Positions 16,235 through 26,917 of a stretch of DNA of 64,000 bases are shown here, piece by piece. Positions within the stretch are counted from its first letter, which is position 1. Each line of letters opens with the position of its first letter. This DNA is from a virus, in the IMG/VR virus record IMGVR_UViG_3300011115_000874, positions 64,001-128,000 of that record. The stretch is one strand, 5' to 3'. The position numbers and the translations under genes are program-made. The notes under the pieces are model-generated. The model saw nothing but the letters and a program-made list of their open reading frames with translations. It was not told the origin of the DNA and searched no databases.

Positions 16235-16550
16235 TTTTCTTAGGTATGTTTTGTTTTTCTTTTAGGTAATTAATTGCCTCTACAATTCTAGTGCAATCTT
16301 CATACTGTTCATTTTCAACATAGTATTTAAGATTCTCTTGTAACGTATCTGCAAAGTATTTTCTTTCCAATGTAATATCATACTCAGCATTTTCTTCTAA
16401 GCATATAACTGTTATGACATGTATATGTTGTTTGCGAGTGTTTAGGTTATTGAGTAATGTTTCTACAACTGCCTTAGCTATTGAGAAATCTCTCCGCTCA
16501 ACCATCTCCTGAAACTCCTCAGTGTTGTTCAATGTGAATTCAATAGCCAT
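16182..16550 (-). CDS. Hypothetical protein with UVR-like C-terminal helix pair
   Basis: ENEQYEDCTRIVEAI. Confidence 0.65.
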   Translation of the reverse strand: MAIEFTLNNTEEFQEMVERRDFSIAKAVVETLLNNLNTRKQHIHVITVICLEENAEYDITLERKYFADTLQENLKYYVENEQYEDCTRIVEAINYLKEKQNIPKKNGKNKTNISNKDVQSKS

Positions 16551-16551
16551 A

Positions 16552-16710
16552 TTAAAATAAATTTAGGAACCCAGGGTCAATTTCTTTACCCTTAAGTTGA
16601 TTCATCTTCTCATCCTTCTTTAACATATCAGTAGCTAACTTTTCTAAATGCTTTGCTTTAATAGCATCATAGTCAGTTATTACTTCTTTATGTTTCTTAC
16701 TCCTTTTCAT
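16552..16710 (-). CDS. Small hypothetical protein (52 aa)
   Basis: Read manually; late motif at 16716-16723. Confidence 0.6.
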   Translation of the reverse strand: MKRSKKHKEVITDYDAIKAKHLEKLATDMLKKDEKMNQLKGKEIDPGFLNLF

Positions 16711-16723
16711 TCAACTATAAATA

Positions 16724-17365
16724 TTAAAGTCTACTAATAAACTCACTTCCATCATCTTCAATCTCAGGTTTGTCTAAACCTAACTCTAACAATCGTTGTT
16801 TAGTATACTCATCTAATTCCCAATCTACTTCACTTTGGTTCATTGGCTTATGATCCTCTAACCCCTCAAGTTGTTTGTTGCTAAATATATCACCTACCAT
16901 TAAATAATAACAATTGTAACAAAGCATCTCCATATTATCTAATCGGTAATGTTGTTTGTTATTGTCCTTGAAGTGCAAGATCAGTGGGGATTTATAATCT
17001 GAAACTCGGCGTTCATGGAAGCCGCAATTACAACATTCGTCTTTTAAATAACCATCTGTTATCAACCGATACTTAATCTTTTGTGGGTTGAAATGAGATG
17101 GATCTATTCTACCTTCTATAATATCTAAAATCGCTGGCTCCTTTTTATTGAGATTAGATACAGATAAGAATTTAGGAATACCTTTACCTGACTGATTTTT
17201 GTGAGCGTCAAATAAAGATACTCCATTACTATCAACATACAGTTTCATCCACTTTTTGATATGCTGGTAGGAGCAATTCAAGTAACGAGCAGCAGCACGG
17301 ACAGACTTTGTTTTGTCCATTGCGCTGATGATCGATTCTTTAGTTAATGGTCTTGCTTTAGGCAT
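16724..17365 (-). CDS. HTH plus HNH-like zinc-binding protein
   Basis: SVRAAARYLNCS HTH; CCNC...HFKDNN...NMEMLCYNC. Confidence 0.7.
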   Translation of the reverse strand: MPKARPLTKESIISAMDKTKSVRAAARYLNCSYQHIKKWMKLYVDSNGVSLFDAHKNQSGKGIPKFLSVSNLNKKEPAILDIIEGRIDPSHFNPQKIKYRLITDGYLKDECCNCGFHERRVSDYKSPLILHFKDNNKQHYRLDNMEMLCYNCYYLMVGDIFSNKQLEGLEDHKPMNQSEVDWELDEYTKQRLLELGLDKPEIEDDGSEFISRL

Positions 17366-17699
17366 GGTCTACATCTGGCTCAGTAGCGTCTTCTTCTAGA
17401 TCGAAGTCGTTCAATGTTTTAGTATCATCATCTGCGTCTGTTGAAACAACCTCAAGTGAGGTATTCTCATCTTCAATTAATTGTTTTCTAAAGTTCTTTT
17501 CAGCTTCTTCAATCTTACGAAGATCCTCTCTATCAACAGCATATGTTTCGATCCATGTGTGATCACCCTCTCCCATTAATACTGTTACTGCTGCTTTTTT
17601 CTCAACTGTGGAATGTTGAGTGCAAGTTTGCGTATTAGGCAAAATGGCAATACGTCTTGGATCTATTTCACTCCCACATACAATACATTTTCTACTCAT
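17358..17699 (-). CDS. DksA/TraR-type zinc-finger protein with acidic tail
   Basis: CIVCGSEIDPRRIAILPNTQTCTQH. Confidence 0.7.
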   Translation of the reverse strand: MSRKCIVCGSEIDPRRIAILPNTQTCTQHSTVEKKAAVTVLMGEGDHTWIETYAVDREDLRKIEEAEKNFRKQLIEDENTSLEVVSTDADDDTKTLNDFDLEEDATEPDVDHA

Positions 17700-18096
17700 C
17701 TTTTTTACCTTTATTTTCTATTTTATCTATTTTCTCAATTAATTTCCATAATTCTTCAGGTGTCTTCAACTTATATTTTTTAGTTGGTTTACCTTCAGCA
17801 GTGATTTCTAAATCTAATATCTTTCCCTCACCATCAATTCTATCATACACATACCATAGAATCAATTCTGCCTTCCATTCCTCAAAATGTAAGTAAATTA
17901 AATCCTCAATTATATGGTAAAAATGCTCTTCATAATTCCAAAAATCAACTTGTAGTTGGGAGTGTAAGAAACTAGTTCTAATCCAACAATTGTCTAGTTG
18001 AGACACAAGTCTAACAAATAATTGTTTTTCTTTATTCTCAGATGTCCTTCCACTATCAGAAACTCTAAGTTTACTTCCGAAATTATTTAGATTCAT
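17692..18096 (-). CDS. Hypothetical protein
   Basis: ORF track; promoter at 18111-18141. Confidence 0.7.
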   Translation of the reverse strand: MNLNNFGSKLRVSDSGRTSENKEKQLFVRLVSQLDNCWIRTSFLHSQLQVDFWNYEEHFYHIIEDLIYLHFEEWKAELILWYVYDRIDGEGKILDLEITAEGKPTKKYKLKTPEELWKLIEKIDKIENKGKKDE

Positions 18097-18141
18097 TTTT
18101 CTTATTTATTTAAATATAACAAAAAATAAGTTAAAGCCAAG

Positions 18142-19317
18142 TTATAATTTAATAAGAGTATCCTGATATTCATCCATTGAATTGATAGTAATTTTTAAAT
18201 TACTTAATTCAAATGAACCTACCTCACCATTATCTTTAATTATATCTAATAACTGTTGAATATATTGGAAATTATTTTGATTTAATTGAGTAGCATTAAA
18301 TGATACTAATATTTCATTTTGTTTTTCATTATCATAAGGTTTAACTCGTTCACAAAGATCAAATGATGTATTTAATTGTTCTCTTTTAATATATTGTTCA
18401 TAATCACAATCTACATACATAGTTGAACACCATGGTTCTAAAACTTCTAATAATGGTAAATTACAATTTTTAATTATAAAACCAACATCATATTTTGATG
18501 ACACAATTGGAAATTGATATTCATCATATTTTGGGGGTGTACCCCACTTACGAATAAATTCTCTTGTTTGATTATGAGCTAATTTATTCCAATCATTTGA
18601 TTTATGATTTAAGTCTGATGTTTTAGAAGCGTGTTCAAATTGTCCTCCCCTACATGTTAAATGATAAACTAATGCTTCCCAACTTTGAATTAAGTCACAT
18701 CCATTTAATAAAAATCTATTAAATAAGTCTCTATCCTCACTATGTGATTTCATAATAGGATCATGTCCACCTACATCATTAAAATCATCTTTATGAATCA
18801 ACCAAGGAGCAAATATTCCATTTGTAGTTATATCTTTTCTATTATTTTCTACAAATTCATTAAATTTATCTACTTTAAAACCATCTATAATATCTGTCTC
18901 AGGCCATAAACCTAAGTCTAATACTACTTTAGCTGGGTCAGAAGGATGTAATGGTGGCTCAATTCTAGTAGCTGATACTATAGTTTTAGGTTTCCAATTA
19001 TTATATAATGCTACGTCAAATCCCTTACCCATAATCATATCAGCATGATATATAACTACAAAGTCAGTGTCTGATTTTTCAACTAATAAATTATAAGCAT
19101 TACCTATACCAAATAATTCTTTAGATGGGTTTTTAATATATTTTATATTATTATCAATACACCATTTTTCAGTTCCATCATTATCAGCATCAACGAATAC
19201 TAATACATCATGGTCTCTAATTGAGTTTTCTTTTATATAAAAAACAGCATGTTTTAAATACCTCAAATTATTTTTTGAGGTAATACAAAATGTAAATTTA
19301 GGTATATTATTTTCCAT
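18142..19317 (-). CDS. Glycosyltransferase family 2
   Basis: DADNDGT, HADM, EDRD motifs. Confidence 0.85.
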   Translation of the reverse strand: MENNIPKFTFCITSKNNLRYLKHAVFYIKENSIRDHDVLVFVDADNDGTEKWCIDNNIKYIKNPSKELFGIGNAYNLLVEKSDTDFVVIYHADMIMGKGFDVALYNNWKPKTIVSATRIEPPLHPSDPAKVVLDLGLWPETDIIDGFKVDKFNEFVENNRKDITTNGIFAPWLIHKDDFNDVGGHDPIMKSHSEDRDLFNRFLLNGCDLIQSWEALVYHLTCRGGQFEHASKTSDLNHKSNDWNKLAHNQTREFIRKWGTPPKYDEYQFPIVSSKYDVGFIIKNCNLPLLEVLEPWCSTMYVDCDYEQYIKREQLNTSFDLCERVKPYDNEKQNEILVSFNATQLNQNNFQYIQQLLDIIKDNGEVGSFELSNLKITINSMDEYQDTLIKL

Positions 19318-19996
19318 CAACACCATCAATTATATGTCTATCCCAACCTATATGAGTAATATATGTCTCTAAAAATCTCATAGCAATCATTCCTTGTTTA
19401 GCATACTCAACTGAGATATCACATTCTAAAGTAACACCTCCACTTTGTTCAGCAGGAGTAATTCGTTCACATCCATTATAACCATTAGGTAATTTTTTCC
19501 AATCACTTAATCGCTTTAAGCCTGGGTTGAGACTGAATCCATTCCATACACCTGTATATTCTAATAATACACATTTAAGTCCATCTAATTCATATACATC
19601 TGGTTTCCATGGGTGGGGAGCTGTAGTGTCATCTATTCCTCTTAACCATACTTGTAATATGTTTGAATCTGCTTCTAATATTTTCATTGAATCTTCAATA
19701 AATTCTTTTTTAAGAAACAACCAATCTTCTTCCATATGGAAAATATACTCAGTATCAACTAATGAGTAAACATAATCTATAGATTTAATTTGATATAATT
19801 TAGGATTATTATATATTAATTCTATAGGGAATTCATATTTATCCTTCACAAAATTATTACACCCAAAATTCATTCCATCATCTATAATAATAAAACGTTT
19901 TAATGGATATGTATTCATTTCAAAAAAACTATCTAAAGTTTTCTCTAATAAATCAGCTCTATTACAAGCTGTCAAAACTACTGTTACTTCTTTCAT
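19307..19996 (-). CDS. Glycosyltransferase family 2-like
   Basis: TACNR, IIDDG, HMEEDW, FSLNP, HIG. Confidence 0.8.
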   Translation of the reverse strand: MKEVTVVLTACNRADLLEKTLDSFFEMNTYPLKRFIIIDDGMNFGCNNFVKDKYEFPIELIYNNPKLYQIKSIDYVYSLVDTEYIFHMEEDWLFLKKEFIEDSMKILEADSNILQVWLRGIDDTTAPHPWKPDVYELDGLKCVLLEYTGVWNGFSLNPGLKRLSDWKKLPNGYNGCERITPAEQSGGVTLECDISVEYAKQGMIAMRFLETYITHIGWDRHIIDGVDGK

Positions 19997-20873
19997 AAAA
20001 TTTATTTATTTCTATTGGAAAATTCTCATGAGCTATTTTAGTAAACTCATTTTTCTTACTTATACTTGATATATATTTTTTAATAGTTTCATTAGGTCGG
20101 TGAGTATAACTTTCACCTATTATATGATTTTCTAATACAAATTGAAATACATCTTTTCCTTTTTGTCTTAAAATATTACAACACTCAGTCACATATGTGT
20201 CTTCTAAACCATAATGTCCTAAAGACTCAGGTATATTAGTTTTAATTAAAAGATCTTTAGAAATTAAAGTAAACCACCCACCCGCAAATTTAAATGTAGG
20301 GATTGGTTTTACTTCTATTTCCCCAACATCAGGTAAAGTATCTTTATACACATCTGCTACTAATTCATAATCTAAAGGATGATTTAAAAATGCTTTATTA
20401 ACAATTACATCCCAAGTGTTGTCCCATTGTTTTACAAACTGAGGTGTAAGAACAAACATATCAATATTTGATTCTTTAATTGTTTGGTAAGCTGAGGTCA
20501 TGTAACTTAAAGTAGTATCTTTAAATATAAAATCACAATCCAACCATATAAAGAAATCAGCATCACTATTATTTTGTAGACTATATCTTCTTTGAGATAC
20601 ACATCCAAGTATATCTTCATCACCCCATATTAGGGTCCATTCACACCAATCTAAAAACTTAGTAACTAACTCTTCAGTTCTTTCTTTAATATACTCTTTA
20701 GGTAATTTAGTCTCACTCCAATTAGTTAATTCATCAGACAAACACATAGTAATTTCTACTTTGTATTTAGTTGTGTTATCAAGGTAAATAGAATTTCTTT
20801 TTAGATTATATAATGTTAAAGCTAAATCCTCTAATTCTTGGGGTAAAGCAAATATAGTTATAACTCCTTTCAT
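19962..20873 (-). CDS. GT-A fold glycosyltransferase-like
   Basis: WLDCD (DxD), GHYGLEDT. Confidence 0.65.
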   Translation of the reverse strand: MKGVITIFALPQELEDLALTLYNLKRNSIYLDNTTKYKVEITMCLSDELTNWSETKLPKEYIKERTEELVTKFLDWCEWTLIWGDEDILGCVSQRRYSLQNNSDADFFIWLDCDFIFKDTTLSYMTSAYQTIKESNIDMFVLTPQFVKQWDNTWDVIVNKAFLNHPLDYELVADVYKDTLPDVGEIEVKPIPTFKFAGGWFTLISKDLLIKTNIPESLGHYGLEDTYVTECCNILRQKGKDVFQFVLENHIIGESYTHRPNETIKKYISSISKKNEFTKIAHENFPIEINKFYERSNSSFDSL

Positions 20874-20874
20874 A

Positions 20875-21588
20875 TTATCTAATTAACCCAACGTCTGATT
20901 TTTCCTCTAATGTAGGTATTATTTTTATTTTAATACTGTTTTTTACTAAATGCCATTTTAGTAAGTATTCATTTCTAAGTGGAGAGTCTTGTCCTGGCCA
21001 TCCACCAAATAATGAGTGGAATAAATCAACATCATCTGTAACATATGATATAACATTTGAAAATACTTCTGAGTATACTATCATATCTTGTTGTTTACCT
21101 ATTGCAAACACATCATAGTATCCTCTGTCTTTAACTCTAATATCTGTATTCCACTCTGGTAATATAATACCTTCTTGTGGTAACTCCAAATTAAATTTAG
21201 AGTAATCTATATCAAATCTTGTTCTGATAATATAATCATATTCTTCCTCAACTAATTGGATTGATTTATATATTGAATAAAACATACTTAAACTATTATT
21301 CAGAGGTTGTCTCCAAATAGGACATTTAATTCCACTAGCGTCAAACACTATAGGTTTTTCTACAATATATTTTTTAGGATTATATAATTGAATAAGATCA
21401 TTATAATCACTATCTGTTAATGAATATTGATTATTTCCAAATCCAAAGTTAGTTGACTCAAAATTAGGAGTTTTCCAAGTATGAAAGTATACATCACAAT
21501 CATGTTTATCTAAAAAATATGTTTTTAGACTATCATAACTTTGTTTAAAATTTCTTGCTTGACCACTTATACAAATAGCTATTTTCAT
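20875..21588 (-). CDS. Putative glycosyltransferase-like protein (KIAICISGQ.R family)
   Basis: ISGQAR, YDYIIRTRFD motifs typical of glycan loci. Confidence 0.65.
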   Translation of the reverse strand: MKIAICISGQARNFKQSYDSLKTYFLDKHDCDVYFHTWKTPNFESTNFGFGNNQYSLTDSDYNDLIQLYNPKKYIVEKPIVFDASGIKCPIWRQPLNNSLSMFYSIYKSIQLVEEEYDYIIRTRFDIDYSKFNLELPQEGIILPEWNTDIRVKDRGYYDVFAIGKQQDMIVYSEVFSNVISYVTDDVDLFHSLFGGWPGQDSPLRNEYLLKWHLVKNSIKIKIIPTLEEKSDVGLIR

Positions 21589-22025
21589 TACTTATAATTT
21601 TGAATATAATCACTACATACCCCCAAACATTGAGAGATATCATCATTATGTATCTCAGGCATAACTGCTATACTATCTTTAATAGGTTGTTTACCTGGGT
21701 AGACCCATATATATTTCTTTGAAGTTAAAGTTAATGTATCTTCCTGATGCCAGAAATAATTTATTTGGGGATAATTTTCTTGTAAGTAAATTAAAGCTTC
21801 TGGGTTTTTACAGTGTACCCATATTCTATAAAGATATTGAGTTAACCATGAATCACTTATTAAGTATTGAGGTTCATCATGACCTAGATATAATTTATCT
21901 TCTATAACCCAAAAATCAATCTCAACATCAAATCCTTTATATAATGCTTCTTGAAGATATGATGGTGAATTCTCTTTTTTAGGGTTAGGACCTATCAAAT
22001 TTCCTCTATGAGATATTAGTTTCAT
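21588..22025 (-). CDS. GDPD/PLC-like phosphodiesterase
   Basis: ISHRGN, EN, DVEID, GHD, HCKN. Confidence 0.75.
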   Translation of the reverse strand: MKLISHRGNLIGPNPKKENSPSYLQEALYKGFDVEIDFWVIEDKLYLGHDEPQYLISDSWLTQYLYRIWVHCKNPEALIYLQENYPQINYFWHQEDTLTLTSKKYIWVYPGKQPIKDSIAVMPEIHNDDISQCLGVCSDYIQNYK

Positions 22026-22027
22026 AA

Positions 22028-22888
22028 TTAATATTTTTCTCCAATATATAATTTACGTTCATCACCTCGGTCTTCCAATCTATTCTCAGAAATAATTTCA
22101 TGAAACATATGAATACCATATGCTTTATGTTCTCCACTAAACCATACTCCACTTTGTTTTAAACCATAAAATAAATTATGAGGTCCACCCCAAGTTGAGT
22201 TCATATCAAATACTTGGGGATGATAAGCTATCTCTCTTCCTAACTCTAATATATCATTAGTTATAACATGTAAATTAAAATCATGGATATAATTGTGAGA
22301 TACATAATTTATAGATGAATGATAATCCATTTCCCCATTAGGTGAAACTTCATTAAGAGGTAAAGCATTATTATAGTTATCTCCTCCTCTATAATATGTC
22401 TCAAAATCTGAAGGTTGGAATTCAGATAAGTCTAATTTAGTTAGAATAGTATCATAACTAATCTTCTGTTTTGCTCCCAATGTTGGAAGTGACCACATAC
22501 ATTTAGGAGTATTATGTTTTAAAAATACACTATTGAAATTATTTGAAACACAGTAATCTGATTTTAACCAGAGTATTTTACCTGGTATGTTTTGTAATTC
22601 TAAAGATAATCCTATATCAAACCAATTTCTTATATCCTGTAGTAAATTCTTTTTATTAATCTCAGGATCATAAGGAAATATTAAAATGTCTTTAACATAG
22701 TTTTTAACATCGTATTTTTTAATTAATTCAATAATATTATCATTAGATAATTCATGTTCATGGGTATTATATATAACAAAATTATCCCATATAATATTAC
22801 TTGTTTGAAGGGATAATAATGCTTTTAAACTATAATCAGTATGTTTTAAATCTAAAGTAGTATGAGTTGTAAATATACAAGTATTCAT
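22028..22888 (-). CDS. Hypothetical glycan-locus protein (GT-like)
   Basis: Context; no clear motif. Confidence 0.55.
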   Translation of the reverse strand: MNTCIFTTHTTLDLKHTDYSLKALLSLQTSNIIWDNFVIYNTHEHELSNDNIIELIKKYDVKNYVKDILIFPYDPEINKKNLLQDIRNWFDIGLSLELQNIPGKILWLKSDYCVSNNFNSVFLKHNTPKCMWSLPTLGAKQKISYDTILTKLDLSEFQPSDFETYYRGGDNYNNALPLNEVSPNGEMDYHSSINYVSHNYIHDFNLHVITNDILELGREIAYHPQVFDMNSTWGGPHNLFYGLKQSGVWFSGEHKAYGIHMFHEIISENRLEDRGDERKLYIGEKY

Positions 22889-22889
22889 C

Positions 22890-23507
22890 TTAACTAATTA
22901 ATTTACGATATGTGTCAGCGTCTATATTTTTTCTTTCATTAAATATTTCCAACCCACTTGTTTGCTCTGATTCACCTCCCATAACCCATCCTTCTATAGC
23001 ATAGTTATGTTTACCAGCTTGTTTAATTTTATCAAACATCCAATTATCTCCATAATGTATTTTTAACTCATGAGGAATTGGTATATAAGAATTTTTATGT
23101 ATAAAAAATAAACAAGCGTAACATGCCATTAAACTACCAAATTCCTCAACTCTAAACTCACCTTGAGGATTATCCCAACATTTATTTCCAGCACCAATAA
23201 TTCCTCTATCTTCTGTTATATAAGGATAAACTAAATTAATTACACTCCAATCTGTTTCAACATCATCATTAACAATTAATATTTTATCATATTTTGCTAA
23301 TGATACCCCTTTATTCCAAGCTGGGGTAACAAATATATTTTCAGATTCTTTAATATGATTTAATTTAGGTATGTAAGATATATCTATATCTTGAGGAGCA
23401 TTATCAATTAAGATAATCTCTCCCACTAATTCATTATTAGAAATTTGAATTAATCTATCTATAAATCCTTCAGATTTCCATAGGGTAGGTATAACAACTG
23501 ATATCAT
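22890..23507 (-). CDS. Glycosyltransferase family 2
   Basis: ISVVIPT, IDN, AWNKG, NDD, YGDNW. Confidence 0.85.
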   Translation of the reverse strand: MISVVIPTLWKSEGFIDRLIQISNNELVGEIILIDNAPQDIDISYIPKLNHIKESENIFVTPAWNKGVSLAKYDKILIVNDDVETDWSVINLVYPYITEDRGIIGAGNKCWDNPQGEFRVEEFGSLMACYACLFFIHKNSYIPIPHELKIHYGDNWMFDKIKQAGKHNYAIEGWVMGGESEQTSGLEIFNERKNIDADTYRKLIS

Positions 23508-23510
23508 ATT

Positions 23511-24080
23511 TTATTTTTTAAATCCGTAAAAGAATAAATCACAATGGTTTGTTTCTACTTCAAATTCATACTTTTTAAAGTTAGCATCAATGTCTATACA
23601 CTCTCTGATATCTTCTTCAGTTAAATTTTTATAGTATTCATTATCCCAATTTTCTCTAGACACATTAGGCATTGTTTTCCAATTTGGAAATTTTTCTTTA
23701 CCTTCATCTTCTAATGATTTTACTCCATGAACTGGTCTTCCAGTTGTAGCGCATGTAAATAAAAGCATACCACCAGGCTTAAGCATTCTAACAGCGTTTT
23801 GGATTGTTTCTTTGTAGTATGGGTTATGTTCAAAACATTCACATGATATAATAACATCAAATGTATTATCAGGTGCATCATAATCTTGAGCAGGACATAC
23901 TATATCTACTCCAGGGCCAGGACCTAAATCTAATCCTGAGTAGTCACAGTTTTCAAAATATACATCTTCTGTACCGCAGACATTAAATGTACCTATTCCT
24001 AATACTTTTTTGTTGTTAAAATAATTAGGAAACGTTACCTTAATTTTATTAACATAATTGATTTGTTCTTTATGAGCCAT
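23511..24080 (-). CDS. Class I SAM-dependent methyltransferase
   Basis: KVLGIG, GLD, FDVIISCECFEH, LKPGG. Confidence 0.85.
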   Translation of the reverse strand: MAHKEQINYVNKIKVTFPNYFNNKKVLGIGTFNVCGTEDVYFENCDYSGLDLGPGPGVDIVCPAQDYDAPDNTFDVIISCECFEHNPYYKETIQNAVRMLKPGGMLLFTCATTGRPVHGVKSLEDEGKEKFPNWKTMPNVSRENWDNEYYKNLTEEDIRECIDIDANFKKYEFEVETNHCDLFFYGFKK

Positions 24081-24083
24081 AAT

Positions 24084-25436
24084 TTATTTATAATTTTCTA
24101 AATAGTTTTTTAAATCTTCAGGAGTTCCTAACCCCCACATTCCCTTAACATTAAATGTTCTAATTTGTTTAGAGTCTTTAATTGCTTGATTAAACACAGG
24201 ACAAACATAAAATTCATTACTCACACGAATGTTTTCCTCAATCATTTCCTCAGCATACTTAACAAAATCAGATCCATGTTTCCAATAATAATATCCTACT
24301 GTCGCAATATCTGATATTGGATTCTTTTCAGCTACCTCAGTTACTAATCCTTTCTCATCTATTTTAGCAAATGACCATTTTGGATGTGTAGCTGTGAATG
24401 TGACTATACCTCCATCAGCTTCAGTTTCATTCATTTTATACATGAACTCATTACTATCCCATTCAACAAACTGATCTGAGTTAGCGAAGAAGAGTGGATT
24501 ACCGTTGTCAATATATTCTTTAGCCAATAATGCAGTGCACGCAGCACCTTCGGTTAAACCATCTGTTTCCACTATTTTACACCCAGGAGTTAATAGGTTT
24601 AATAATGTATCTAAATTATATTTTTCACGGTGTGATTTTTGCACAACATATATATAATTTGCTTCTAGATTTAAGTTTTCAATTACAACTTGAATCATAG
24701 GTTTATTTTTAACTTCAATAAGAGGTTTAGGGAATGTATACCCTGCTTGTTCAAATCTAGAACCAGCACCAGCCATTGGAATCAAAACATTAAGTTTCTC
24801 ATCTTTCCATTTAGGTGTCATATTTATTTTTTCTTTATTTAAATGTTTATAGATATTATTATAATTAACTTCTTTTGGAGAGCCAACTCTCATTACATTA
24901 GCTTTACTTCTACTTGCTGCTAATAATCCATATGGTGAATCTTCAACAATTAAAGTTTCCTCAGGTAAATACCCCATTCTACTCATCGCCTTCCAATACA
25001 TTTCAGGATGTGGTTTACTATTCTTAACATCTTCATTTGATAATATTAAATCAAAACGATCAATAATATCAAACTTAGATAATACTGTTAGTACAGTTTT
25101 ACGAATACTATTTGAACATACTGCTAATTTGTATCCATTATTAATTAACATATCCATACAGACTTGCAATTGAGGACTGGGTTGTAAATTAGATAGTGCT
25201 TCTAAAGTATATTTTTGTTTATTGTCCCAAATTTGTTTATGACTCTTAATAGGCAAGTTTTTTCTTTCAGTTAACATATCTAACTTTTGATTTGTCTTTA
25301 AACCATCATAAACTGATAGATGCTCATCCCAAGATATAGAGTATTTTTCCCCTAATGCTTTATTTAAAGCATCATAATGTATTTGTTTTGCTTCTACTAA
25401 TACACCATCTAAATCAAATATAACTAATTTTATCAT
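24084..25436 (-). CDS. HAD phosphatase fused to sugar nucleotidyltransferase
   Basis: FDLDGVL, KPHP, VEDS; PMAGAGSRF..PKPLI, EK..IS, GLGTPEDL. Confidence 0.88.
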   Translation of the reverse strand: MIKLVIFDLDGVLVEAKQIHYDALNKALGEKYSISWDEHLSVYDGLKTNQKLDMLTERKNLPIKSHKQIWDNKQKYTLEALSNLQPSPQLQVCMDMLINNGYKLAVCSNSIRKTVLTVLSKFDIIDRFDLILSNEDVKNSKPHPEMYWKAMSRMGYLPEETLIVEDSPYGLLAASRSKANVMRVGSPKEVNYNNIYKHLNKEKINMTPKWKDEKLNVLIPMAGAGSRFEQAGYTFPKPLIEVKNKPMIQVVIENLNLEANYIYVVQKSHREKYNLDTLLNLLTPGCKIVETDGLTEGAACTALLAKEYIDNGNPLFFANSDQFVEWDSNEFMYKMNETEADGGIVTFTATHPKWSFAKIDEKGLVTEVAEKNPISDIATVGYYYWKHGSDFVKYAEEMIEENIRVSNEFYVCPVFNQAIKDSKQIRTFNVKGMWGLGTPEDLKNYLENYK

Positions 25437-26278
25437 ATATTATTCAATTGACATATTTCTTTTATTGTGCTTACTATTCTAGGAAGATATTCATTATATT
25501 GTAAAGCTAATTGGAAATTTTCCTCCATAACTTCTTTTTTAGATTCATAAAATTCAGGGGTTAGATTATTAACAATTGATATTAATTCATCTACTGTTTC
25601 AAATGTGATAACACCTTCCATATTAAAATATTCTCCTAAATTTGGACATCCCCAATAAATTGGTAAGGTTCTAGTTAGAAAAGCATCTGTAATTTTTTCT
25701 GTGAAGTAATTTTTATGTCTAGTATTTTCAACACCTATATGGAACATACTTTCCCAACATATGTCCTTTCCATTTTCCCATGGATGTTTATCTTCTGTAG
25801 AGTAAATAAAATTAGTTGGTATAGTGATTTTATCAACATTATTAAAGATATTATGTCTTAAAAAATGTCCTTCAACTAAATACTTTTTACCACATAGAAA
25901 TGAAATATTAAACTTTTTATTATCAATAAATTCTGGGTAACGAGTTTCTGGTATAAGTGCATTTTCGTCCCAGAATCTACAGTATCTATTAGACATACCA
26001 TATGGTAGTAAAATTGAGTTAGGGCATGAGTTTAATATATCTTCATTCCAAGTTAATATACAACTAAAAGCTTGATGATTAATTTTAGCCCAATCATGTA
26101 AACCAAATATTTCATTTGGTTCAGATAATATTAAAAAGTTATATGGGTTTTGACTTATATCATGTTGGGAACAAGGATAATCATTAAATAAACTAATAGG
26201 TTTATCCTTTAAATACTCATCACCATTCATATAATGATCAAACATTTCTATAGGCATGTAATGGCACTTAATATACAT
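25433..26278 (-). CDS. GT10 fucosyltransferase-like protein
   Basis: ENT...YFTEKI.DAF...PIYWG. Confidence 0.8.
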   Translation of the reverse strand: MYIKCHYMPIEMFDHYMNGDEYLKDKPISLFNDYPCSQHDISQNPYNFLILSEPNEIFGLHDWAKINHQAFSCILTWNEDILNSCPNSILLPYGMSNRYCRFWDENALIPETRYPEFIDNKKFNISFLCGKKYLVEGHFLRHNIFNNVDKITIPTNFIYSTEDKHPWENGKDICWESMFHIGVENTRHKNYFTEKITDAFLTRTLPIYWGCPNLGEYFNMEGVITFETVDELISIVNNLTPEFYESKKEVMEENFQLALQYNEYLPRIVSTIKEICQLNNI

Positions 26279-26280
26279 TG

Positions 26281-26901
26281 TTATAAGGTATTATAGAAAC
26301 TATTTTGTGATTCTTGTTTTGATATATGTTTATGATGATATAAAGAATATTCTTCCTCTTCAGGTAAATAGGCATATGTTTTATATCCATCTAATACTTC
26401 ATGTAACTTATTTATCCACTTAATATCAGGAGTATTCTTATATATTCTCCATTGATGGTCAGGCCATTGTATCCATCCTTTATCATTTTGTTTCCATCCC
26501 CAAGCTTGTATATGTTGAGGTGTTATTCCTTCCACAGTATTAACTCTAGGAGTTAGAATAATATCAGTTTCTGATTCAGATAATACTTCTGGTAGTATTG
26601 AAATTAGTTCTTTGTTAGGTAATTCATCAGCATCAATTTGAAAGATATAATCACCAGAACACATTCCATTTAATTCATTTTTCCAATCAGCAAAATGACC
26701 TTGGAATGTACTTTCTTTTAAGATAATAATATTTTTAGATGACCAATAATGTAATTCATCTAACAATTTTTTAGATGCCTTTGGTTTATCTAATAAAACA
26801 CAAATTTCATCTACAAGTCGTTTATGTTGATGAAGGAAATTAAGTAAACAACTTACTTCTTCCAGTTCATTACAAACTGTAATTGCATAACTAATTTTCA
26901 T
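26281..26901 (-). CDS. Glycosyltransferase family 2
   Basis: ITVCNE, IDADE, WPD.Q.R, LHE. Confidence 0.85.
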   Translation of the reverse strand: MKISYAITVCNELEEVSCLLNFLHQHKRLVDEICVLLDKPKASKKLLDELHYWSSKNIIILKESTFQGHFADWKNELNGMCSGDYIFQIDADELPNKELISILPEVLSESETDIILTPRVNTVEGITPQHIQAWGWKQNDKGWIQWPDHQWRIYKNTPDIKWINKLHEVLDGYKTYAYLPEEEEYSLYHHKHISKQESQNSFYNTL

Positions 26902-26917
26902 ATAACCTAATATAATA

